32,000 nucleotides of DNA from Promethearchaeum syntrophicum. GTDB lineage: Archaea; Asgardarchaeota; Lokiarchaeia; Sigyniarchaeales; Promethearchaeaceae. A program made the position numbers and the translations under genes. The first letter of the stretch is position 1. Each line of letters starts with the position of its first letter. Location of the stretch: contig NZ_CP042905.2 in assembly GCF_008000775.2 (NCBI RefSeq), positions 210,001 through 242,000 of the forward strand. Reading direction: 5' to 3'. The notes beneath the pieces were generated by a model. It did not search any database. It saw only the letters and a list, made by a program, of their open reading frames with translations, and was not told where the DNA came from. Below, piece by piece: positions 8,674 through 15,799 of this stretch.

Positions 8674-9357
8674 ATGGGATCCTTGAAAAATTTCCTACAA
8701 TCCAGAAATGAAGAAGATGTCCTTGAAAAATCAATCCTTCATATGAAAAAAGTCCTTGAATGTGTGGTTGAATTTGAAAGAGGCTGCACCATATATATCC
8801 AAGAAAAAAATCCAGAATTAGCATTTGAAATCTTCAAAAGAGTTGATATTCTAGAACATGAAGCCGATATTATTCGACGAGACCTACTTGTTCATATTTC
8901 AAAAAGTGAACTTATTCCTCAACTTAGAGAAGATTTGACTCATCTTGTTCAACAAATTGATCGTATCGCGAATACCACTGATGGAGCTGCAAGACGAGTA
9001 TCAGGAATTGCCCCCCAACACATCCAATCCTTAGGAGACGAAATTTTAGAAAATATGCAAAAAATTGTCCATCACTCTGTATCTGCCACTAAAATCCTTT
9101 TTAACTTGATTAAGAGCTTACCCGAAATTGAAGACAAAGAACTATTTACAATCACCGAAAAAATCCAAACAATTGAACATACATGCGATGTTATCCACTC
9201 CAATATTTACGAGATGCTAAATAAAATCCCAGAAATTTCATTCAACCATTTTGTGGCGATCCAAATTTCTAATTTTGTTGATTTACTCGAAACTATCAGT
9301 GATAAAGTTGAAGATGTAGCTGATTACATTGAAATGCTAAAAACTGCAAAGCGATGA
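8674..9357 (+). CDS. DUF47 / PhoU-like helical-bundle protein (phosphate-transport-regulator-related family)
   Basis: It is a 227 aa all-helical protein with two similar halves. LEHEADIIRRDLLVHI and IEHTCDVIHSNIYEML match the repeated E-x-x-AD/H-x-x-D motifs of DUF47/PhoU-type proteins as I recall them. Confidence 0.6.
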   Translation: MGSLKNFLQSRNEEDVLEKSILHMKKVLECVVEFERGCTIYIQEKNPELAFEIFKRVDILEHEADIIRRDLLVHISKSELIPQLREDLTHLVQQIDRIANTTDGAARRVSGIAPQHIQSLGDEILENMQKIVHHSVSATKILFNLIKSLPEIEDKELFTITEKIQTIEHTCDVIHSNIYEMLNKIPEISFNHFVAIQISNFVDLLETISDKVEDVADYIEMLKTAKR

Positions 9358-9365
9358 ATCAAAAA

Positions 9366-9378
9366 TTTTTTAATATTT
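9366..9378 (+). promoter_or_regulatory. Candidate archaeal TATA box for tRNA-Ile
   Basis: tttttTAATATTT is centred about 30 nt upstream of the mature tRNA 5' end (9403), the expected spacing for an archaeal BRE/TATA promoter. Confidence 0.4.
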
Positions 9379-9402
9379 CCTACATTCAAAAAATCTATCT
9401 GA

Positions 9403-9476
9403 GGGCGGTTAGCTTAGCCTGGTTGAGCGCGGCGCTGATAACGCCGAGGCCGGGGGATCGAAGCCCCCACTGCCCA
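9403..9476 (+). tRNA. tRNA-Ile (anticodon GAU), 74 nt, no encoded CCA
   Basis: I folded the cloverleaf by eye. The acceptor is GGGCGGT/ACTGCCC with one G-U pair. The D arm is GCTT-AGCCTGGTT-GAGC. The anticodon stem is CGGCG/CGCCG with loop CTGATAA, giving anticodon GAT. The variable region is AGGCC, the T arm is GGGGG-ATCGAAG-CCCCC and the discriminator is A. It forms a GC-rich island in AT-rich DNA. Confidence 0.9.
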
Positions 9477-9690
9477 CGATTTTAATTTTTTTGCATTCTC
9501 TTCTTTTAAAAGTTATCGATTTAATTCAATCTTAAAAATTTGTAGAGTTTAAAGTTCATTCAAGAAGAAAATTCAATTTAGGGATTTTATTATTTTTTCA
9601 GAACCAAAAATCTTTACGAAATTGAAAATTGCAATTAAGATCCTGTATGTATATAAAACGTATAGTTATGCAAATTAATGAATCTTTTTT
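9461..9690. repeat. Direct repeat copy A (tRNA 3' end plus downstream intergenic sequence)
   Basis: It aligns by eye with 10806-11050. Shared blocks appear in the same order: cccccactgccca/cccccctaccca, tgcat, cttcttttaaaa, aaaaatttgtagag(t/a)ttaaag, gaaaatt(c/t)aat, ttttcagaac, gcaatta, tatata. Confidence 0.7.
9480..9492 (+). terminator. Oligo-T tract after tRNA-Ile (archaeal-type terminator candidate)
   Basis: ttttaattttttt lies immediately 3' of the tRNA. Archaeal RNA polymerase terminates at oligo-T runs. Confidence 0.35.
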
Positions 9691-9706
9691 TAACTAAGAT
9701 AAGATA

Positions 9707-10741
9707 ATGGGTAATTATAATAGGTTCAAGGGTAATTATATTTTGAAAAAAGTAAATAAACGCTTCCTAATCTATATTTTTATATTCACAATATTTATAG
9801 TAGGTATAATATTTGGAAATATCTTTTTAGATCCTGAAGATAATTCAAATAGTTATAATGAAGTTTTTCCAGATTTTATAACAAAAAACGAAGATTATTT
9901 TATTACTAGGATAGGAAATGCTCCAATTATTAATTCAGATACTTACAGTCTCAATGTCTGGGGTCAAATCGATAATCCGAAAAACTTTAGCCTTATGGAA
10001 TTACAAGAATTAAATTTAATTGAACAAACGTTAACAACTGAAACTATTGGTAATCCTACAAATGGACAACTTGTATCCACTGCTGTATGGAAAGGTTTTC
10101 TTATATATGATTTTATAGTTTCATTAGGTTTAAAGGAAAATGTAACTGGTATAAAATATGTAGCTGAAGACGGATATTATGTCTCGCATACACTTTCACA
10201 ACTTTTGGATAACGGAATAATTGGAGCTCTTTATATGAATGATGAAAGTTTACCTGTCGAACAAGGGTTCCCTCTTCGAATAGTAAGTCCTGGAGCATAT
10301 GGAGCAAAACAACCAGCATGGGTTATAAGTATAGAAGTCATCGATAGACCTCTCGAAGATTATTGGGACGATAGAGGATGGGATACCTCTCCTCCTATGG
10401 ATGTTGATTCCACATTATTTTTTCCAAGGAATAGTGTTAATATTAAAGTTGGTGAACCACTTAAAATAGGTGGTGCTGCTTATGGAGGGACCAAGATATC
10501 TATGATCGAGTATACAATAGATTTAGGTTTGAATTGGAGGCAAGGTAATATAATTCAATCAATTGATGTTGATCATGTGTGGGTTTTTTGGGAGATAAAT
10601 GTTACGTTTGATGAAATTGGAACCTTTACTCTTTATACTAAAGCAACTGATATCTATAATAATACTCAACCAATGGACGATCCAGTTTGGCAAGATGGAT
10701 CTAATGGATGGCCCAAATTAACTATTAAAGTTATTAGTTAG
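9707..10741 (+). CDS. Sulfite-oxidase-fold (Oxidored_molyb-like) protein with N-terminal TM anchor and C-terminal Ig-like domain; contains no cysteine
   Basis: LPVEQGFPLRIVSPGAYGAKQPAWVISIEVID matches the HGfPlRlvvPg.yG...KWl..I core of the SUOX/YedY molybdopterin-binding domain. The N-terminal helix is FLIYIFIFTIFIVGIIFGNIF. The translated product has zero Cys residues. Confidence 0.65.
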   Translation: MGNYNRFKGNYILKKVNKRFLIYIFIFTIFIVGIIFGNIFLDPEDNSNSYNEVFPDFITKNEDYFITRIGNAPIINSDTYSLNVWGQIDNPKNFSLMELQELNLIEQTLTTETIGNPTNGQLVSTAVWKGFLIYDFIVSLGLKENVTGIKYVAEDGYYVSHTLSQLLDNGIIGALYMNDESLPVEQGFPLRIVSPGAYGAKQPAWVISIEVIDRPLEDYWDDRGWDTSPPMDVDSTLFFPRNSVNIKVGEPLKIGGAAYGGTKISMIEYTIDLGLNWRQGNIIQSIDVDHVWVFWEINVTFDEIGTFTLYTKATDIYNNTQPMDDPVWQDGSNGWPKLTIKVIS

Positions 10742-10805
10742 ACTATCCTTAAATATTAAATCTGATAAGAAAGTTAGAATGGCTCAATCTTTCTCCAATT
10801 ACGCT

Positions 10806-11050
10806 TCGATTTTTAATTTTAAACCCCCCTACCCATATTTCTATTTTTCTGCATCAACTTCTTTTAAAAAAAAATACCATATTAATTAAAACTCAAAAAT
10901 TTGTAGAGATTAAAGGTGTGTTCAAAAATAGAGATCATATAAGAAAATTTAATCGTAATTTTCAGAACAAAATCCCTTTCCTTAATCGAAAAATGCAATT
11001 AGGTTCATGATTTATATACATAAAATATTAAACAAATGTTTGCATAGAAA
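10806..11050. repeat. Direct repeat copy B (decayed tRNA 3'-end fragment plus homologue of the tRNA-downstream region)
   Basis: See copy A. cccccctaccca at 10824-10835 mimics the T-stem and acceptor 3' strand of tRNA-Ile. It is followed by the same ordered blocks, including aaaaatttgtagagattaaag at 10895-10915. Confidence 0.7.
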
Positions 11051-11104
11051 TAATTGAAACTGGAATATTTGTCCATCAAAAATCTATCTTGGAGAAAAAA
11101 AGCA

Positions 11105-11737
11105 ATGGCGATAATTGGATTAATGGGAGCAATGAATGTTGGTAAAACTGCCGTTTTAAAGATGTTTGTTAATTACGTTGAGAATGAGAAAATCGGTAAG
11201 ATCGAGGGTGGCGTGGAGTGCACGATTGAAAAGAAAGATTTTAAAGGAGAAAGTGAAATTGAAGTCAAAGATGGAGAAGGTTTTAGTAAAACAATCACAC
11301 CTAATAAAGTAGTTTTTATTGAGACAAAAACAAGTAAGCAACATACACTTTTTGCACCTGGAGGGGATAGAGATCGCGCAGTAATTAGGATGGGAATTAT
11401 AACAATCTCAAGGATTGCACGACAGATAGTTGGATTATTTGCCCTTGATGAATCACTAAAAGATCAATTTAAGCTGTATGATTTAGTTAGGTATATGCCA
11501 AAAAAAATCCACATATGTTTAAATAAATATGATTTATTGGAAGGAACAGACGAGGAAAAGAAAAAAACTTTAGAAAAAAAGAAAGAAGACATTACAAACT
11601 ACTTTAAAAAGCGTAGAATAATTGTCGAGGGATTTTACTTCACATGTGCTATAGATAAACCAAATTTCCTTGAACAAAATGACAATACAGCGCGTATGAT
11701 ATTAGATCTTGTATTAAACCGGGAACCAAAAGATTAG
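11105..11737 (+). CDS. Small GTPase of the Ras superfamily, MglA-like (atypical G3)
   Basis: G1 is GAMNVGKT, directly after ATG 11105 (MAIIGLMGAMNVGKT). A candidate switch-I Thr lies in KTITPNK. G3 reads LFAPGGD instead of DxxGQ, G4 is NKYD and G5-like is TCAIDK. The ORF track starts at TTG 11054; TTG 11069 is another possibility. Confidence 0.75.
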   Translation: MAIIGLMGAMNVGKTAVLKMFVNYVENEKIGKIEGGVECTIEKKDFKGESEIEVKDGEGFSKTITPNKVVFIETKTSKQHTLFAPGGDRDRAVIRMGIITISRIARQIVGLFALDESLKDQFKLYDLVRYMPKKIHICLNKYDLLEGTDEEKKKTLEKKKEDITNYFKKRRIIVEGFYFTCAIDKPNFLEQNDNTARMILDLVLNREPKD

Positions 11738-11884
11738 GTATAATCAATTTTACCTTTTTTATAATGAGATTTTAATTCTAAATATAATAATTAACTTATT
11801 AATACAATCAGATATTCGATACATTCTCTTAGAATATTCTGATTTTCCAATAAAACCATCGAATTGATTGGATGTTGAATTTTT

Positions 11885-12625
11885 ATGGGAGAAATGCCAA
11901 ATTCTGAATTAAACACGCTTAGAAATCTTAATAATCAAATATATTTTATCGGTACTTTACATGTTGCGATTGATAGCGCTACTCTTGTCCACAAAACTAT
12001 AGAAACACTGAAATTAGACTGTGTTATGATAGAGTTGGATGAAATTCGTTATCAAGATTTGTTACACCCTGAAATGAAGCATAAAGAAGAAGAAACACTG
12101 AAAGATAAAAATAATGAAGAAACTCCTGACCTCCTTTTTAAAGTTTTAAATAAAATTCAACAAGAGATTGGTGAAAGTTTGGGATTAATTCCTGGAATGG
12201 AGATGATTTCTGCAATAAATGCAGTAAGACAGAACAAAATTCCTATTAAATTAATAGATCAACCAATTATGGTAACATTTCAGCGTTTAAATGAATTGAA
12301 AGATTCTGCTCAAAAGGAGCAGACCGATTTTATAAATCTATTAAAAGAAAATCCAATCGATACAAAAGATTCTGAGATTTATGAATTGATTGAACAATTT
12401 AAGAAACCCGGTTTTATAAAGAAATTAATTGTAGAATTTAAAGAAACATATCCAAACTTATATAAAATTCTTATCGACGAACGTAACGAATATATGGTTA
12501 AACAAATTTTAGAATATCTAAAAAATAATCCCTCGCATCGTGTTCTTATTATTGTTGGAGCGGGTCATTTAGAGGAATTGATGAGATTAACAGAAGAAAA
12601 TCTTTCTAAAACCAAAAATATTTAA
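11885..12625 (+). CDS. TraB/PrgY-family protein
   Basis: IYFIGTLHVAIDSATLVHKTIETLKLDCVMIELDEIR and the C-terminal IIVGAGHLEEL match the GTxH...ELD..R...GAGH pattern of the TraB family. Confidence 0.7.
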   Translation: MGEMPNSELNTLRNLNNQIYFIGTLHVAIDSATLVHKTIETLKLDCVMIELDEIRYQDLLHPEMKHKEEETLKDKNNEETPDLLFKVLNKIQQEIGESLGLIPGMEMISAINAVRQNKIPIKLIDQPIMVTFQRLNELKDSAQKEQTDFINLLKENPIDTKDSEIYELIEQFKKPGFIKKLIVEFKETYPNLYKILIDERNEYMVKQILEYLKNNPSHRVLIIVGAGHLEELMRLTEENLSKTKNI

Positions 12626-12658
12626 TATACATTCAAACAATTAGGATTAGGAGAGAAA

Positions 12659-13084
12659 ATGGGGAGATTAACCTATAATATAATTGGTTTAGAAGAATTT
12701 GCTATATCCTTTCAAGATTATTGTGTGAGTTGTGAATGGCAAAGAAGATGTAGATATGGAAAAACTGAGCCTTTTCAAATTCATGTTAGTTGTAAAGAAC
12801 TTACTGCAGCGTTGGATTTTAAAAAAGCAAAAGCAATGGATAAAGTAGGACAAAAAAATCCTGATTGGGATTGGGATCAACGAGAACAAAAAGCAAAAGT
12901 ATCAAAAGTACAAATTTTTTCCAAATTATGGAACGATAAAGTAAAAAAACATAAAGAAGAGTCTTTTTGTTTAGATTCCCGACGACTTGATTCAATGTTG
13001 ACTTCTCAACGGGGAGAAGAATGGTGGAGCGAATTTCGAGAGATAATGTCAATCATAGAAAAAGAATGTTCAAAAATTAGTTAA
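12659..13084 (+). CDS. Hypothetical protein (141 aa, Cys- and Trp-containing, Lys-rich)
   Basis: A good Shine-Dalgarno-like aggag lies upstream of the ATG, and the codon use matches the neighbours. I recognise no motif. Confidence 0.5.
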   Translation: MGRLTYNIIGLEEFAISFQDYCVSCEWQRRCRYGKTEPFQIHVSCKELTAALDFKKAKAMDKVGQKNPDWDWDQREQKAKVSKVQIFSKLWNDKVKKHKEESFCLDSRRLDSMLTSQRGEEWWSEFREIMSIIEKECSKIS

Positions 13085-13099
13085 AGTAGGTTAGATAAA

Positions 13100-14398
13100 A
13101 TGTGTGATACAATTGTTGCATTAGGGACTGCCACAAAGGATGGTGACACTCTTTTTGGAAAAAATTCCGATAGAGAACCCGATGAAGTTCAAAATTTAGA
13201 TATATTTGAGCGAAAAAATCATGGTTCAAATGAGAATGTTAAATGTACGTATATAAAAATCCCACAAGTTCAAGAAACCTACCGTACACTATTAAGCAAA
13301 CCCTTTTGGATGTTTGGAGCAGAAATGGGCATCAATGAATATGGAGTAGCTATAGGAAATGAAGCTTTACTAACTAAAATTAAACCTAAAAAATCTGCTT
13401 TAACTGGAATGGATCTCCTAAGATTAGCACTAGAAAGAAGTAAAACAGCAAAACAAGCGCGGGATGTAATTATTCAGCTTTTAGAACAATATGGACAGGG
13501 AGGAAATTGCGGTTATCTACTCAAGGATTATTATCAGAATGGTTTTATTATTGCAGATAAAGATGAAGCATATGTGTTAGAAACTATTGATAAGAATTGG
13601 GCTTGGAAAGAAATCGATAGATTTTGGAGTATTTCTAATAAAATATCTATTGAAAAAGACTATGATTCAGTATCTCCAGGATTAATTCATGAAGCTGTTA
13701 AGAGGGGTTGGGCATCCTCAGAAAGTGATTTTAATTTTTCAAAAGCTTATTCCGATAAAATAATCACTTGGGGGGCTGCTGGAAAAAAACGCGAGCAATC
13801 AAATCGATGTTATCTATCAAATAATCAATCTTCATTAAAGACTTCAGATTTTATGAAAATGCTAAGGAGTCATACTGATAAGACAGATTGGAAACCTCAT
13901 AAGGGATTTAGATTAACTGTTTGTGCACATGCAGCTAATAGTCTCTCGAGATATTCTCAAACAGTAGGCTCATTAATCTCAAAAATTGGAAAAGAGAATG
14001 TATATGCTTATTCAACAGGTTCTTCAAATCCATGTCTTAGTCCTTACTTCCCAATTTTTGCTCCTAATACAAACCTTCCAAAAGGTTATGTGAAAGGGGG
14101 AGAAAAATTAAATACAGACGCTTTTTGGTGGAAAGCAGAGAAGTTTCATAGAAAAGCGATAATGAATTACACAGATTCAAGAGCATTATTAGATCAAAAA
14201 ATGGGTGAATACGAAAAACAAATGCTGGACTATGTTGAAAATCATAATGCACCGTTGAACCAAAAATTAATTGATGAATATTTCTCTAAGGTAGAGAATA
14301 TTTATACGAAATGGGGTAAGGAAATATTATCCCTCCCTAATATGAAAGGAAAATTTTATTATAAGCATTTTTGGGGAAAATTTACCAAAACAAATTGA
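13100..14398 (+). CDS. Peptidase C69 / secernin-like Ntn-hydrolase (N-terminal nucleophile Cys)
   Basis: It starts MCDTIVALGTATKDGDTLFGKNSDREPDEVQ. Cys2 directly after Met and the GKNSDR-x-x-DE motif are the hallmark of the C69/secernin family. Confidence 0.75.
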   Translation: MCDTIVALGTATKDGDTLFGKNSDREPDEVQNLDIFERKNHGSNENVKCTYIKIPQVQETYRTLLSKPFWMFGAEMGINEYGVAIGNEALLTKIKPKKSALTGMDLLRLALERSKTAKQARDVIIQLLEQYGQGGNCGYLLKDYYQNGFIIADKDEAYVLETIDKNWAWKEIDRFWSISNKISIEKDYDSVSPGLIHEAVKRGWASSESDFNFSKAYSDKIITWGAAGKKREQSNRCYLSNNQSSLKTSDFMKMLRSHTDKTDWKPHKGFRLTVCAHAANSLSRYSQTVGSLISKIGKENVYAYSTGSSNPCLSPYFPIFAPNTNLPKGYVKGGEKLNTDAFWWKAEKFHRKAIMNYTDSRALLDQKMGEYEKQMLDYVENHNAPLNQKLIDEYFSKVENIYTKWGKEILSLPNMKGKFYYKHFWGKFTKTN

Positions 14399-14416
14399 AA
14401 AAAATAAATAAAAAAA

Positions 14417-15763
14417 TTAAATCTGCATTTTTTCAAGAGCTTTATTTCTTTCTTTAGTAAAACTCTTAATTTTTCCTGCATCTCCAGAAATTTCAGCAAG
14501 GTTAACCGATCTACTATAAAGATTGTAGGCTTCTTCATATTTGTGCTCTTTATACAATTTATCTCCTTCTATATTCACTTCTTTGGCTAAATTCAAGCAT
14601 GCTTTCTTATATTCTTCATTATATTTCTTTAAAAGGGTAGTATTATTTGCATTTTTGATAATTTCTACAGATTTTCTATAACTTTGTGCAGCTTTATCAA
14701 AATTTTTTTGTTTCATAGCGACATCCCCCACATTATTGACTTCTTTTGCCCATTTATCAATACTTTTCTCGAATTCAAGTTTAAAATTTTTGATGAGCTT
14801 TTTATTTTTGGATTCTTCTGCTAGTTCTACGGATTTAAAATATAATTCAGCAGCTTCTTCAAATTTCTTTGCTTTGAATAGTTTATCTCCTTGGTCATTT
14901 ATGCTTTGTGAATATTTTTCAAAGGATTTGTCCATTTCTTTTGTAAAATTATCAATCAATTTTTGATTTCCAGCATCTGTTGCAATATTAACACTTTGTG
15001 CGTATAGACTCGATGCTTTTTCAAAATTTTTTTGTTTCATATAATTATCGCCCATAGAATTTATTTTTTGAGCGTGATCTGAAAATGCTTTAAAGAGTTC
15101 TTTTTTAAATTCTTTCTTGAGTTTACTGTTATCAGATCTTTCGATTAGACGAACAGATTCAGTATATCGGTCAATGGCTTCTTCAAATTTCTTTTCTTTG
15201 TATAAAAGATCACCTTCTTTATTAACTTCTTGAGCCCACCTCTCGTATACAGTTAATTTTTTATGAATGAAGGATTTGCTCATTTTTTCGTCAACATCAA
15301 TTTTTACAATATCGCAAATTTCTTCATATTTTTTTCTTGCTTCTTTCCATTCACCTGATTTAACAAATTTTTCTGCTTCATCTTCAATTATTTGGGCATA
15401 GGCAATTTTAGATTTGTTTAGTTCTTTTAGGAATGACTTTCCAAGTTTCTTCATCCATTTTTCACCAGCATTTTGAAGAAAATCCCAAGCACTTTGATAA
15501 ACTTCTATAGCTTCTTGGTATTTTTTTTGTTTAAATAATTCATCTCCCTTTTTATTTAACTCTTCTGACCTTTTTCCAACTGCTTTATCAAGTTCTTGTT
15601 GATATTCATCAACTATCTTCATTTTCCCTACTGTTTTCATAAGATTAACCGATTCTACATATAGTTTGATCGCTTCTGTATAATTTTTTTTTTTATATAA
15701 TCGGTCGGCCATTTTGTTTACATTTTTTGCTTCCTTCTCGATTTCACTTACCATTTTTATCAC
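14417..15763 (-). CDS. TPR-like helical repeat protein (eight ~54-residue repeats)
   Basis: The unit recurs as A.EVN..GD.L[YF]K.KK[FY]EEA...Y..SV.L........L.K.F..E..K. The last five copies are spaced exactly 54 aa apart (residues 178, 232, 286, 340, 394). The start is either GTG 15763 or ATG 15754. Confidence 0.7.
   Translation of the reverse strand: MIKMVSEIEKEAKNVNKMADRLYKKKNYTEAIKLYVESVNLMKTVGKMKIVDEYQQELDKAVGKRSEELNKKGDELFKQKKYQEAIEVYQSAWDFLQNAGEKWMKKLGKSFLKELNKSKIAYAQIIEDEAEKFVKSGEWKEARKKYEEICDIVKIDVDEKMSKSFIHKKLTVYERWAQEVNKEGDLLYKEKKFEEAIDRYTESVRLIERSDNSKLKKEFKKELFKAFSDHAQKINSMGDNYMKQKNFEKASSLYAQSVNIATDAGNQKLIDNFTKEMDKSFEKYSQSINDQGDKLFKAKKFEEAAELYFKSVELAEESKNKKLIKNFKLEFEKSIDKWAKEVNNVGDVAMKQKNFDKAAQSYRKSVEIIKNANNTTLLKKYNEEYKKACLNLAKEVNIEGDKLYKEHKYEEAYNLYSRSVNLAEISGDAGKIKSFTKERNKALEKMQI
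14420..15736 (-). repeat. Intragenic tandem repeat, about 162 bp period (eight diverged copies)
   Basis: This is the DNA-level counterpart of the 54-aa protein repeat above. The copies are diverged, so periodicity is clearer in the protein than in the nucleotides. Confidence 0.6.
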
Positions 15764-15799
15764 TCACAAATTAAATTAGATATTAATAAATAAAATATA

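Noticed and set aside
10762-10768. ctgataa upstream of repeat copy B, identical to the tRNA-Ile anticodon loop, as evidence that the tRNA remnant extends further 5'
   Set aside because: It is a 7-mer of common composition, the spacing to the 3'-end remnant does not fit a tRNA, and the surrounding bases do not align.
9403-11100. A complete tRNA-integrated mobile element (genomic islet)
   Set aside because: No integrase, excisionase or other mobility gene lies between or next to the repeats. The repeats are long and diverged rather than short and exact. Only the repeat structure itself is reported.
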